DNA of 64,000 bases from an uncultured virus (IMG/VR IMGVR_UViG_2923146907_000004) (IMGVR_UViG_2923146907_000004), one strand, 5' to 3'; numbered from the stretch's first letter, positions 8,879-18,735 are shown. Made by a program: numbers and translations. Notes: generated by a model not told the origin, from the letters alone.

Positions 8879-9522
8879 GGCAGCAACTCCTCCCCGATCT
8901 CGCGGGCATGTTCGATGGAACTGGCCTTGATGCGCGTCCAGCCCTTGCCCCAGTCCTGGGTCAGGCCGCCCTGCTCCAGGAAGAAGGGACCGTGCTTCAC
9001 GAACACCTTCTTGCCGGCATTGCGGTGGACGAAGTAGGTGTTGTCGTCGATCGGCTCGTCCGCGCGGTCGTGCTCGATCGCCTTGTCGGCCGGCGCCGTG
9101 CGCCAGTCCGGCCAGGACCGCGACTCGTTCTTCGCCTGCTTTGCCAGCAGGGCGTCGATGATCTGCGCGGGAGTGGCGCCGGTGCGCCAAGCCCCGTCCA
9201 GGGCCAGGATCACAACGTCGACCCACTCGGCCAGGTCGCCGGGGGCTTCTTCGATTTCGCGCAACTCTTTGCGGATGTGGTCGACGACGCCAGCGGCGCG
9301 CGACCCAGGCCCGAACGTGCGTTCGCTGAACCGGCGCTGGCGCTCCAGGTGCAGGTCGAAACGGAACACGTCCAGGCGGCCCCGGGCGCGGCCAAGCGCG
9401 TAGGCCTCGTCCTGGAACATCAGGAGGTGATCGCTGGTGCGTCCGGTCAGGACATCGAGATAGCGGCTGTGGAGCGCTTCAATGGCAAGGTGATCGTCGG
9501 GGTGGTTCTGGTTCGTCATCAT
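8875..9522 (-). CDS. dATP/dGTP pyrophosphohydrolase-like protein (DUF550, MazG fold)
   Basis: FSERTFGP..DHIRKELREI..EWVDV..LDGAWR..K..N..R.WPDW. Confidence 0.8.
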   Translation of the reverse strand: MMTNQNHPDDHLAIEALHSRYLDVLTGRTSDHLLMFQDEAYALGRARGRLDVFRFDLHLERQRRFSERTFGPGSRAAGVVDHIRKELREIEEAPGDLAEWVDVVILALDGAWRTGATPAQIIDALLAKQAKNESRSWPDWRTAPADKAIEHDRADEPIDDNTYFVHRNAGKKVFVKHGPFFLEQGGLTQDWGKGWTRIKASSIEHAREIGEELLP

Positions 9523-9962
9523 GGCTGCACCTGCTGCTGTGAGCGGTTCCAGGGATGCCGGCGCCCGGGCTTGGGCTGCTGGCGCGGGGTGATGAGTGCG
9601 TCGCGCAGGCTCATGCCGGCGGCGACGCGGCGGCGGACGGTCGTTGCGTGGACGGGGCTCTGGAAGTGCTCCACCAGCTCGGCGATCGTCCCGGTCACGC
9701 CGTCGACGGTGAAGCGTCGGCTCTCGCTCCAGCGTTCGTGTGCGCGCTCCAGCGCCGCGGCCTGCGCCGGCGTGCAGCGTCCGCGCTTCTGCTCGTTCGC
9801 ACGCTGGTGGTCGGCTGAGCATCCGCGTGCCGGCCAGGTGATGTCCGGCATCAGGGTCAGCAGCTCCCGGAACTTCCAGGGGCCCATGCCGAGCGCGTGC
9901 ATGGTGGCGCGGCGGGAAAGCCCGCGCGCGGCTGCGTTGCGAATGAACTGTTCGGTGTTCAC
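9519..9962 (-). CDS. Phage hypothetical, basic, probably DNA-binding
   Basis: 4-bp overlaps with both neighbours. Confidence 0.7.
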   Translation of the reverse strand: MNTEQFIRNAAARGLSRRATMHALGMGPWKFRELLTLMPDITWPARGCSADHQRANEQKRGRCTPAQAAALERAHERWSESRRFTVDGVTGTIAELVEHFQSPVHATTVRRRVAAGMSLRDALITPRQQPKPGRRHPWNRSQQQVQP

Positions 9963-11878
9963 GGTTGCGCCTCCTGTGGAGCCACGCTCAACGCCACCGC
10001 AACCGGGCGCACCCAGATCGGCGTATTGCTGAGCATGAAGGTCTCGCCCTGCTCGGCCAGCAGCAGAGTGGTGCCCATCACGCCGGCGATGGCCTCGGCC
10101 GCGGCTGGCGGCACGGCATTGCCGATCCGCTCGCGCCAGTCGCTGTCGCTCAGGCCGTCGAGCACCAACTGCTCTTCGGGGTCGACCAGGCTCTGCAGTG
10201 CGGCGAGTTCAAGGGTCGTGAAGGGCCGGTGCCATGTGCCGTCCAGCGACTGGATGATGCATGTCAGCCGGTCGTTCGCCGCCGGCATGCGCGGGTCGGC
10301 GACGCTCCACCGGCCGTTGTCGTGCCGCGCGCTGGCGGAAACCGCGCCGGCGGCCTGGTCGAAGCCGACAACGCCGTAGTGCCCGCCGGTAAGGTAGTGG
10401 TCGCCCTTGGTGCGATTGAGCACGCGCGGATCTGCGATCGACAGCGCGCCGCTGGCCACCTGCTGGGAGCCGGTGACGGTGCCGGCAGTGCCCTTCCAGG
10501 GCAGGACGTTCAGCTTGCGGCTGCTCGCCCCGGGGTGCCAGTTGTGGTACCGGGGATCGGCTACGGCTTGGCCGCCGGAGCTCGGCGAGTGGCCGCTGGT
10601 GATGGTTCCGCAATGGCTGTCCATGCTGACCACGCGGAACACGTTGTTGTGGCGCACGCCGCTGGGGCGAGGGTCCGCCACGGCGAATGCGCCCTGGCCG
10701 GTGGTGCTGGCGGCGATCACGGTGCCGGCGTGGTCCTGCCAGTCGGTGACTGGGTACTTGCCGAAGCTCTCGCCGCGCGGGTCGGCGACAGCGAACTTGC
10801 CCTGGCCCGGGGACTTCTGCCCGGTGATGGTGCCGGCCGTTTCGCGCCAGTCGAGCACGCCGAACTGCTGGCCGTGGTTCCAGCGCGCGGATTGCTCGTA
10901 GCGCGGGTCGGCGACCGAGAAGGCGCCATTCGTGGGGCTGCTGCGGCCGGCGACGGTGCCCATGCTGTCGTTCCAGCCGTGGACGCCCATGTAGCCCGAG
11001 CGATACTCCGGCACGATGATCAGGTCGCGCAGATGGCCATCCTCGATCGCCAAGTCGTTCAAGCTGCGCCAGTCGCTGCCGGCGCGCACCAGGGCGAGCC
11101 GCACCCAGGTCTTCCACTGCAGCGACGGAACTCGGTGCATCGGGCCGGCGGCTTCGATATCCCCGGGCAGCGGCATGCGGCCGAGGATGTCGCCGACGGC
11201 GCGCAGGCTCTTCTTCTCCGGCTCGTACAGGAAGGGCGGAACCTTCTCGACGTGGCGCGCCACCAGCAGGAAGCGCTTACGGCTCTGGGCCAGACCGCCC
11301 AGCTCGCCGCAGTCGTGGGTCGTCTCGGCCACCGCGTAGCCGAAGCTGCCCAGCAGGCTGTTGATCTGGTCCAGCAGGTGCCGGCCGCGGGTGGCCAGGC
11401 GCGGGACGTTCTCGAACACGATCAGCGGCACCGGGTCATCCGCCCAGGCCTCGCCCATCAGCCAGATGGACCGCAGCGTCAGCTCGTTGAGGGCTTGGTA
11501 CTTCGGGGTCAGGCTCATTTTCTCGGACAGCAGGCCGCTGGCGCCCTTGCAGGGGGAACTGATGAACACGGCATCCGGCCGGCGCCCGCCGGCGGCGCGC
11601 CGAATATCTTCCGGGGTCGCCTCCCGCCAGCCTGCCGGCGGCTCCTTGCCGTGGAACCGCACGTACTGGTCGCGGGTGAAGAGGTCCAGCAGGGTGCCCG
11701 GGACGCCGGCCAGGCGCTCGAAGTCGCGGAGGCCGGCCGGGTCCACGTCGATGCCACCAAGGCATTCCCAATGGGCCTCGACGTTGCCGACCCGCGGCCG
11801 CGCCCGGTTGAAACCGGCGGCACCGCCGCCCAGGCCGCAGCAGAAGTGGAAGTGGTAGAGGGTGCGCTTGATGATCAT
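9959..11878 (-). CDS. C5 cytosine DNA methyltransferase with repeated variable region
   Basis: Motif I FCCGLGG, IV SPCKG, VI FENV, VIII QSRKR, X IGNAV. Confidence 0.9.
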   Translation of the reverse strand: MIIKRTLYHFHFCCGLGGGAAGFNRARPRVGNVEAHWECLGGIDVDPAGLRDFERLAGVPGTLLDLFTRDQYVRFHGKEPPAGWREATPEDIRRAAGGRRPDAVFISSPCKGASGLLSEKMSLTPKYQALNELTLRSIWLMGEAWADDPVPLIVFENVPRLATRGRHLLDQINSLLGSFGYAVAETTHDCGELGGLAQSRKRFLLVARHVEKVPPFLYEPEKKSLRAVGDILGRMPLPGDIEAAGPMHRVPSLQWKTWVRLALVRAGSDWRSLNDLAIEDGHLRDLIIVPEYRSGYMGVHGWNDSMGTVAGRSSPTNGAFSVADPRYEQSARWNHGQQFGVLDWRETAGTITGQKSPGQGKFAVADPRGESFGKYPVTDWQDHAGTVIAASTTGQGAFAVADPRPSGVRHNNVFRVVSMDSHCGTITSGHSPSSGGQAVADPRYHNWHPGASSRKLNVLPWKGTAGTVTGSQQVASGALSIADPRVLNRTKGDHYLTGGHYGVVGFDQAAGAVSASARHDNGRWSVADPRMPAANDRLTCIIQSLDGTWHRPFTTLELAALQSLVDPEEQLVLDGLSDSDWRERIGNAVPPAAAEAIAGVMGTTLLLAEQGETFMLSNTPIWVRPVAVALSVAPQEAQP

Positions 11879-11890
11879 GCAGAGGGTTCC

Positions 11891-13321
11891 TTATACGAAC
11901 AGCAGCGGCTGTACCGCGCCGTCGGCGAAGACTTTGTCGAGAGGGGTGGTAGCGATCGGCTCGTCGCCGTCCCAGCCATCCGGCCAGGTGCCGGCGGCGA
12001 TCAGCTCGCGGATGCGGGCCTCTTCCTCGGCGTTGATCAGGTCGATGTGAGGGCGACCGAGGCGGTCGGCTGCGGCATTGCACTCGGCCTGGATGGCCAG
12101 TACGCGCTCCAGGCCCATCAAGCGGGACTCCAGCAGGATCGGTCCCATACGCTGGGGGTTCGCGGCGATGCTGCCGTCCTTCAGCCGCTCGATGCCGGCC
12201 TTGCGCAGGCGGTGCTGGGGCTCGCGAAGTTCCCGCCATAGCTCTTTCAGGCCGCGCAGCGGCGCCAGGTATGCCCAGTGCGGCATGGCCAGCACGGTTT
12301 CGAGCGCTTTCTCCTCGCTGGCCAGCGGACAGCCGGTGCAACCGGTTCGAGCGTTGATCTCCTCGGCCTCGTCGCCGCCGTAGGCATCGGCGATCATCGC
12401 GGTGGACCAGTCGCCGAACTCGGCAAGTGGCGCCCAGTGCTTCAGCCACTCCCAGACGTGGCAGACGCGCCAGTGCAGGAGCGGGGCGAGGGTGGCGAGC
12501 CGGCCCTTCAGGCCCTTTGCCTCGGGCAGGACCTTCTGGTACCAGCCTTGGCCGCACTCGGCGCCGTCCTTACCGCAGGACATCTCGATCCGCTTGTCGC
12601 GGATGGCGCTCTCGCCCTGGCGCACGCCAGTGATCATCAGCACGTTCCCGTCGAGCGCGGCCAGGCGCTGCTCCAGGGCGGCCTGCATCGGGTCGATCTT
12701 GATCTGGCGGGTGCACCAGCGCAGCGTGTTGTTGTTCGGCGGGGGCACGCCGCGACCCAGGATGTAGACCATGAAGCGCTTGTCGAGGGGTGCGCATACC
12801 ACCTCGACGTGGATGCCGCGGTCCCGCAACTCGTCCATGATCTGGTGCGCCGCGATGGCCAGCGGCGGCAGTTCCTGGCGCGTGTCCGCGTAGAACACGG
12901 TCAGCGTCTTCGGCGCCTTGACCCGGCCTGTGTCGATCAGCCAGATCAGCAGCGTTAGCGTGGTGGTGCTGTCCTTGCCGCCAGACCAGGCCACAGCCCA
13001 GTGCTCATGATCGGCGCCGTAGGCCTGCATGCTCTGAATGGTCAGCTCGATGCTCTCGGTCATCTGCAGGCGCTGGGCGCCGGCGGCGAAGATGTCGCTT
13101 TGGCGCGGGCCGGCCAGATTTGCGGAGGCGGGCTCGGGGTCGATCCTTTTCAGGGCGGGGAAATTGACGGCCAGCGTTCTGCCCTCCGCGTACCCGCTGG
13201 TGCATTTGAGAATCACGTAGCCTTGGGCGTGGCTGCTCAGCACGATCCCGCGGCAGCGGTGCTTCTCCCGGTAGAGAAAGCTGACCTCATCGTCCGGCGC
13301 GAATACTGCCTTCGTGGTCAT
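11891..13321 (-). CDS. PAPS-reductase-family protein, DndC-like
   Basis: PP-loop SGGKDS, RWCT..KI.P, GVRQGES..R, RTGCTGC, GP..R..L..Q tail. Confidence 0.85.
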   Translation of the reverse strand: MTTKAVFAPDDEVSFLYREKHRCRGIVLSSHAQGYVILKCTSGYAEGRTLAVNFPALKRIDPEPASANLAGPRQSDIFAAGAQRLQMTESIELTIQSMQAYGADHEHWAVAWSGGKDSTTTLTLLIWLIDTGRVKAPKTLTVFYADTRQELPPLAIAAHQIMDELRDRGIHVEVVCAPLDKRFMVYILGRGVPPPNNNTLRWCTRQIKIDPMQAALEQRLAALDGNVLMITGVRQGESAIRDKRIEMSCGKDGAECGQGWYQKVLPEAKGLKGRLATLAPLLHWRVCHVWEWLKHWAPLAEFGDWSTAMIADAYGGDEAEEINARTGCTGCPLASEEKALETVLAMPHWAYLAPLRGLKELWRELREPQHRLRKAGIERLKDGSIAANPQRMGPILLESRLMGLERVLAIQAECNAAADRLGRPHIDLINAEEEARIRELIAAGTWPDGWDGDEPIATTPLDKVFADGAVQPLLFV

Positions 13322-13440
13322 GCGATGGGCTCCTTGGTGTCGTGAAAGATGGGAAACAGGCACTGGACGCCGCCCTGCCTGACGCGGGCGGCCCACGAGG
13401 CATGGTTGAATCGCCCACAGGGCGGCGTCCGGTGCGTGCT

Positions 13441-13469
13441 GAAAGAGAAAGCGCCCCGGGTGGGGCGCT
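13441..13469 (-). terminator. Intrinsic terminator in early operon
   Basis: 8-bp GC stem AGCGCCCC/GGGGCGCT followed on minus strand by TTCTCTTTC. Confidence 0.65.
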
Positions 13470-13481
13470 CGGCGGGTGGCG

Positions 13482-13691
13482 TTAGAGCGGGCGGATACTG
13501 CGCGCCACTTTCGGGTCGCGCTGGATGTAGCCCTTGTTCTCGAGGGCGGTCAGGCGCTGCTGGATGGCGAACTGGCGGACGCCGGCCTTGGCTGCCAGTT
13601 CTGCGACGGTGGGTGCGTAGCCTTTCTCCGCCCAGAACGCTCGGATGTGCCCGAGCGTTTCGTTCTGCATCGTCGACGGGGCCTGCTTCAC
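13482..13691 (-). CDS. LexA-like DNA-binding domain, no peptidase domain
   Basis: [10 protein letters not shown]...L.ALE.KGYI.R...ARSI. Confidence 0.8.
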   Translation of the reverse strand: MKQAPSTMQNETLGHIRAFWAEKGYAPTVAELAAKAGVRQFAIQQRLTALENKGYIQRDPKVARSIRPL

Positions 13692-14743
13692 GGCTGAGCC
13701 TCGCGAGATCCGTGCGCGTTCATCGCCCCGTCTTGCTTCTGCGCTGCAACCTTCTTCAGTTGGCTGGCGAGATGTGCCGGCAGACCGTGGATCAGCAGGG
13801 TGTCGGAGCCTGAGTCGAACTCCACCTTGGTGCCGAGGAGGTGTGCCTCGAAGCTGATCGACAGGCCTTCGGCGCGGCCGGTGAAGCGGCGGAACTGGTT
13901 GAAGGTGCGCTTGTCCGCCGGGATTTCCGGCGACAGGCCGTAGTCCTTGTGCTGGATGAAGTCGTAGAACGCCCGCGGTTGCTGGTCGTCCATCAGTTCC
14001 GAGAGTGCGTCGAGGGTCATCGGCTCGCCGATGCGCGCCTGGGAGGTGGCGTAGTCGACCAGCGTCTCGGTCTTCTCACGGGCCTGCTGCTCGGCCATGC
14101 CCTCGCTTTCCACGAAGTCGCTGAAGGCCTTGAGCAAGGTACGGGTTTCACCGGGTGAGTCGATGCCCTCCTGGCAGCCGATGAAGTCGCGGAAATAGTC
14201 GGAGGTCTTCTTCCCGCCCTTGCCCTTGATGAACGAGATGTACTGCTTCGACTGCTTGTTGTTACGCCACTCGGAAATGTTGATCCGCGCGGCCAGGTGC
14301 AACTGGCCGAGGTCCAGGTGGCACGACGGGGTGACCTCCAGCGACTCGTTCACCGCCACGCCTTCGCTGTGGTGCAGCAGGGCGATCGCCAGGTAGTCGG
14401 TCATGCCCTGCTGGTAGTGGGCGAACAGGACGTGGCCGCCGGTGGAGAGATTGGACTCCTCCATCAGCTTCTGCAGGTGCTCGACCGCTTCGCGGCTGAA
14501 GCCGACGAAGTCGCGGTCGCCCTCCAGGTATTCACCGAGCCAGCCGCTGAACGGGTAGGCTCCGGACTCGCCCTGGAAGAAGCCCCAGGCCTTGTTCTTG
14601 GCGTTGTAGCTTTCGTTGAGGTCGGCCAGCAGGTTCTCGATGGCCTGGGAGTCGCCCAGCTCGGCGTCGCGCGCATGGAGCACGGTAGGGGTGCCGTCGG
14701 GCTTCTTGTCGATCAGGTGGATGATGGAATGGCGGATAGGCAT
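13688..14743 (-). CDS. yejK: Nucleoid-associated protein YejK/NdpA
   Basis: [46 protein letters not shown]. Confidence 0.9.
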   Translation of the reverse strand: MPIRHSIIHLIDKKPDGTPTVLHARDAELGDSQAIENLLADLNESYNAKNKAWGFFQGESGAYPFSGWLGEYLEGDRDFVGFSREAVEHLQKLMEESNLSTGGHVLFAHYQQGMTDYLAIALLHHSEGVAVNESLEVTPSCHLDLGQLHLAARINISEWRNNKQSKQYISFIKGKGGKKTSDYFRDFIGCQEGIDSPGETRTLLKAFSDFVESEGMAEQQAREKTETLVDYATSQARIGEPMTLDALSELMDDQQPRAFYDFIQHKDYGLSPEIPADKRTFNQFRRFTGRAEGLSISFEAHLLGTKVEFDSGSDTLLIHGLPAHLASQLKKVAAQKQDGAMNAHGSREAQP

Positions 14744-14769
14744 GGCTGCCTCCTATGTTGGTGAGGTGG

Positions 14770-15696
14770 TCAGACGCCTACGGGAACTTCTTCGCCGCCC
14801 AGTGCTACCAGCAGCTCGGGGATGAATTGCTGGAAGGTGAGCATCATCAGGACGAAGCTGGCGTCGGCCTGTGCGAACTCGTCGGAATCCTTACCAGCGT
14901 CGTCCAGTGCCCGCTCCTGCAGCAGGTCGTCGAAGCGGAGGCTGCGGATCACCAGACCCTCGTCGAGTACGAAGTAGAGGTCTTTCTTCCAGGCGAGAGC
15001 GAGCTTGGTGACGCTCTTACCTGAGTCGAGGTGCTGGCGGATCACGTCGCTGGTCAGGTCCTGGTGTTTGGCGGTGATGCTGCCTTGCTCGTCGGTGTCG
15101 CGGAGCAGGGCGCCGTCGCACAGCCAGAAGTCGCCACCCGCATTAGTTTCTTGGCTTCGCAGCCACTCGGTCATGGTTGCCGTCGGCGAAACCTTGGTTG
15201 CGATCGGTCGGACGGGGAGAGAGCCCAGGGCTTCGCGCAAGGTCGATAGCAGATCCTCGGCGGCCTTCGCCGTGGCGGTGTCCACGATCACCAGGCCTTC
15301 CGCCGGCATGATTGCGGCGAAGGTGCGCTTGCGGCGGGTGAACGCGCGCGGTAGGAGGGTCTGGACGATCTCGTCCTTCAACTGGTCGCGCTCTTTCTTG
15401 TAGACCTTGCGCTGCTGGGTTTCCTCGATCTCTTCGACCTTCTCCTTCAGTGCGTCGTTGACCACGCTGCCAGGCAGGATCTTCTCCTCCTTGCGGCAGC
15501 AGATCAGCCAGAATCCGTTCGCCTCGCGTACCAGCGGTGCGTCACCCTTGCCGACCGGCGGCGCGAAGCCGTAGGTGGTCAACTCCTGGGAGGCGCAGGG
15601 GCGTGCCGGTTTGCTCGCCAGGGCACTTTCCAGAGCGCTGGCCGTTGTGTCGATGGGTTGGGTGAGGCGGTAGATCAGTAGGTTGCGGAACCACAT
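14770..15696 (-). CDS. rdgC: Recombination-associated protein RdgC
   Basis: [35 protein letters not shown]. Confidence 0.93.
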   Translation of the reverse strand: MWFRNLLIYRLTQPIDTTASALESALASKPARPCASQELTTYGFAPPVGKGDAPLVREANGFWLICCRKEEKILPGSVVNDALKEKVEEIEETQQRKVYKKERDQLKDEIVQTLLPRAFTRRKRTFAAIMPAEGLVIVDTATAKAAEDLLSTLREALGSLPVRPIATKVSPTATMTEWLRSQETNAGGDFWLCDGALLRDTDEQGSITAKHQDLTSDVIRQHLDSGKSVTKLALAWKKDLYFVLDEGLVIRSLRFDDLLQERALDDAGKDSDEFAQADASFVLMMLTFQQFIPELLVALGGEEVPVGV

Positions 15697-15722
15697 GGTG
15701 CTGTCTCCGGGCGGCCCGGCGC

Positions 15723-16220
15723 TCAGACGAGGCGCCAGAGCCTGCGGTAGGGGTTGTCGAAGGGGATGTCGTCGTCGTAGCTGTCGTAGTCGGTTGCCGG
15801 TTGCGGCTGGTGGTGAGTGGTCGGCCGCGGTGGCGGCTCGCGGCCAGGGCCACGCGACTGGCCTGCCTGCTCAGGCTTGCCGCCGAGCAGTTGCATGTTG
15901 CCGTTGATGTCCACCACTACCTCGGTGCTGTAGTGGTCCTGGCCGTCCTGGCCCTGCCACTTGCGGGTGCGTAGGCTGCCTTCGATGTAGACTTGGGAGC
16001 CCTTTCGCAGGTATTGCGCTGCGATTTCGGCCAGTCGGCCAAAGAGCACCACCCGGTGCCACTCGGTGCGCTCCTGCTGCTGGCCGGTCTGCTTGTCTTT
16101 CCAGCTTTCGCTAGTGGCCAGACTGAGGGAGGTGACCGCCTTTCCGCCCGGGGTAGATCTTGCGTCTGGATCCTGGCCCAGATGGCCGACCAGGATTACC
16201 TTGTTCACTCCGCGTGCCAT
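15723..16220 (-). CDS. ssb: Single-stranded DNA-binding protein
   Basis: [22 protein letters not shown] plus a short extension. Confidence 0.95.
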   Translation of the reverse strand: MARGVNKVILVGHLGQDPDARSTPGGKAVTSLSLATSESWKDKQTGQQQERTEWHRVVLFGRLAEIAAQYLRKGSQVYIEGSLRTRKWQGQDGQDHYSTEVVVDINGNMQLLGGKPEQAGQSRGPGREPPPRPTTHHQPQPATDYDSYDDDIPFDNPYRRLWRLV

Positions 16221-16223
16221 GGC

Positions 16224-16829
16224 TCAGGCCTCCGCCTCAGCCGGCGGCACCGAACTGGCCGGCGCCACATCGACTCCCTGCAAAGCGAAGTAGATGCGGG
16301 CGCAGGCTTGGGCGTCCGGCATCGCGCGGTGAGCCTCCACCAGGTCCTCCCCGGTGAAGTGCTTGTATGCCTCGGCCAAGGTCGGCAGCTTGTTGCGGGG
16401 AAGCGCGACCTGTGCGCGGGAGCGATAGCAGGTGCAGAACTTCTCACCCGATTCCTTGAAGGCGTTGGCCGCATCCTCGTCCTGGTAGCGCATCAGCGCG
16501 ATGCGAGTGATACGGTCGTCGAAGCTGATGTTGTGCGCCGCGCGGCGGGCTGCGCGGCCGTTGATCGCAAGAAAGCCCTCCAGAGCCTCGGCCTCGCTGA
16601 TGCCAACATCCATCGCCTGTTCGTGGCTGATGCCGTGGATCGCGGTCATTTCGGGGGTGATTTCCCAGCCGTTGGGTCGCACGATCGCCTCAAAGCGATC
16701 GATGGTGTTGCCGGCGGCATCGCAGAGCAGAGCGGCAACTTCCACGATGTGGGGCTGGCACGGGTCTTCACTGGGCAACTTCCACTCGGGAATACCCGTC
16801 GTTTCGAAGTCGAAAATGTTGGTGAGCAT
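16224..16829 (-). CDS. DnaQ-like 3'-5' exonuclease
   Basis: DEDDh motifs DFETTG, AHNISFD, AHRAMPD. Confidence 0.9.
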   Translation of the reverse strand: MLTNIFDFETTGIPEWKLPSEDPCQPHIVEVAALLCDAAGNTIDRFEAIVRPNGWEITPEMTAIHGISHEQAMDVGISEAEALEGFLAINGRAARRAAHNISFDDRITRIALMRYQDEDAANAFKESGEKFCTCYRSRAQVALPRNKLPTLAEAYKHFTGEDLVEAHRAMPDAQACARIYFALQGVDVAPASSVPPAEAEA

Positions 16830-16958
16830 GGTCTGTCCTCAGTGGTTGGGCATCAGGCTGCGCGCTCGATGAACGCGCACCCGGATGCCGCACCGGCGGC
16901 GGGCGCCGGCGCAGGCGGTTCGGAGGGATAGGGAGTCGGGGTCAGGCGGAGGGAATGG

Positions 16959-17975
16959 TCAGGCTGCTTTCGCGGGTGACTTCTCGACGATCACGCCCGG
17001 CAGATTCAGCGTTTGGCCCTTGCTGTTGGCCAGGCTGTCCAGTGCCGGCTGGTCGACAACGAGCAAGTCCTCGGTGGCCAGGCCTTCGGCGATGGCGGCG
17101 ATGAACGCGGTTTTATCGACGACGCGGGCGCGCCACTGGGTAGCGCTGGGCTCTGCTGCCTTGCCGGCGGGCTTGATCTGGGCGGGCGCTGGTGCAACCT
17201 CGGCCTTCGGCGCCTCCGGCTCGACAGCGACGGGCGTGTCCTGCTCGGCGAGCTGCTGGCGCGCGGCGGCAAGCTCCTGCTGCTGGCGCGCCAGTTCTTC
17301 GCGTTGGCGTTGCATTTCCTCTTGCTGCCGGCGCATTTCCGCCTGTTGCTCCTCCATGCGGCGGCGCATTTCGGCTTGCTGGGCTTCCAACTCCTGCCGC
17401 TGGCGCTCCGCTTGCTCGAAGGCCAGGCGGTCGGTCAGCATTTGGGTCAGTTCGTCCATGGCCGTCTGCTGTGCGGCTTGGGCTTCCTTCGTCAAGTCGT
17501 AGAAGTCGTGTGCTGTGTCGATTTCGCCACAGCGGTCGATCATCGCGGCAATCTCGTCGCTGGTCTTGCCGCGTACCTGGGCCGGCATCCCTTTGATGGC
17601 GTCGACCTTCGACAGCAGGCGTGCGATCCGTTCCTGGCGCTCGCGTTCGACGCGATCGTCGACCTCCTTCTTGGCGGCCTTCATCGGATCTTCCAACGTC
17701 ACCAGTGCGGCGGTGATCCGCTTCGCCTCGGCGTCGATGATCTGGCCTGCCTCGATGTAAGGCGCCTTTTCACGCTTGCGAGCGGCTTCCAGGCTGGTGC
17801 GCAGTGTGGTCAATTCCTTGATACCGGCCTTGATGAACTCGTAGCCATCGGCGGTATTGGCGTCCGGCAGCGTCGCGTACTTCTCGCGAAGTTTTGCCAG
17901 GGCGGCGTTGGTTGCGTTGTACTCGGCGACCTCGACGGTACCGTTTTCCAGGTCAACATTTTTCAGGATGGTCAT
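16959..17975 (-). CDS. Coiled-coil phage protein
   Basis: Q/E/R-rich heptads; sits in the recombination module. Confidence 0.8.
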   Translation of the reverse strand: MTILKNVDLENGTVEVAEYNATNAALAKLREKYATLPDANTADGYEFIKAGIKELTTLRTSLEAARKREKAPYIEAGQIIDAEAKRITAALVTLEDPMKAAKKEVDDRVERERQERIARLLSKVDAIKGMPAQVRGKTSDEIAAMIDRCGEIDTAHDFYDLTKEAQAAQQTAMDELTQMLTDRLAFEQAERQRQELEAQQAEMRRRMEEQQAEMRRQQEEMQRQREELARQQQELAAARQQLAEQDTPVAVEPEAPKAEVAPAPAQIKPAGKAAEPSATQWRARVVDKTAFIAAIAEGLATEDLLVVDQPALDSLANSKGQTLNLPGVIVEKSPAKAA

Positions 17976-17979
17976 GGTG

Positions 17980-18735
17980 TCATTCCTCGGGGCTGGTAGG
18001 AGCGGGGGAAAGCTGGCGCAGGCGCTCATCGGCGGCTTCATTCACGCGCAGCTCAATCTCTGAGGGGTTGAAGTTGACGACTGGCGCTTTGGCGCGGGCC
18101 TTCTCGGCGACTTGCTTACGCATTAACTCCAGGGCGCGGGAGTTCGGTGCCGCGGCGATCGCGTCGAGTTGTGCGCGAAGCCAGGTCTTGAATTCGTCCT
18201 TGGCTTCGTCCAGGGCTGTCTCGGGATCGCCGGCATCGGCCAGGCGCTCTTTCAGCTTCAGGCCTTCGACATAGGTCGTGTCGTCGAACATGCCCATGTG
18301 AATGTCGGCGCTGAACCCGAGGAGTGACAGACACTTCTTGATGGCGTCGGTGAGTGACTTCTTGCCGTAGTCGTGGTCAGTCTTGAAGCCCCACTCGGTC
18401 TTGTAGACGTAGGGGGTGTGCCCGTATTGGCGGGCGTGATTGATCGTCCCGTCGTGGCGATACCAGAGTTCGATGTACAGGGTGTGGGTCTTGTCGTGGC
18501 AGATGACCGCACCGTTCTTATCGAGGTGCGGTGCGCCTTCATCGAAGCGCTCTACCAAGACCTTCCAGCCCCAGCCCTTGCCGACGGGGCCGAATAGCTC
18601 AGTCGCACGACGGACGATATACAAGCCGTTGATGGACGTCATGTCCTGACCGTTGAGCTTCGCCTGCCTTGTGTACCTGGTGTCCGTCTCTTTCACCTGG
18701 TCCCAGATAGCCATGTTGCTATTCATGTTTGTCAT
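17980..18735 (-). CDS. Probable Rad52/Sak-like single-strand annealing protein
   Basis: TSIN..Y..RATELFGPVG.GWG, KKSLTDAIKK..LG..ADI. Confidence 0.7.
   Translation of the reverse strand: MTNMNSNMAIWDQVKETDTRYTRQAKLNGQDMTSINGLYIVRRATELFGPVGKGWGWKVLVERFDEGAPHLDKNGAVICHDKTHTLYIELWYRHDGTINHARQYGHTPYVYKTEWGFKTDHDYGKKSLTDAIKKCLSLLGFSADIHMGMFDDTTYVEGLKLKERLADAGDPETALDEAKDEFKTWLRAQLDAIAAAPNSRALELMRKQVAEKARAKAPVVNFNPSEIELRVNEAADERLRQLSPAPTSPEE

Noticed and set aside
8908..12557. Long antisense or alternative-frame ORFs (e.g. 9965..12241, 11436..12557)
   Set aside because: GC-rich shadows of real genes with no recognisable motifs; the same applies to 32643..34754, 39322..41010 and 47085..49046
11891..13321. 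Complete Dnd phosphorothioation system
   Set aside because: Only a DndC-like gene is present; no dndA/B/D/E or dndFGH recognised
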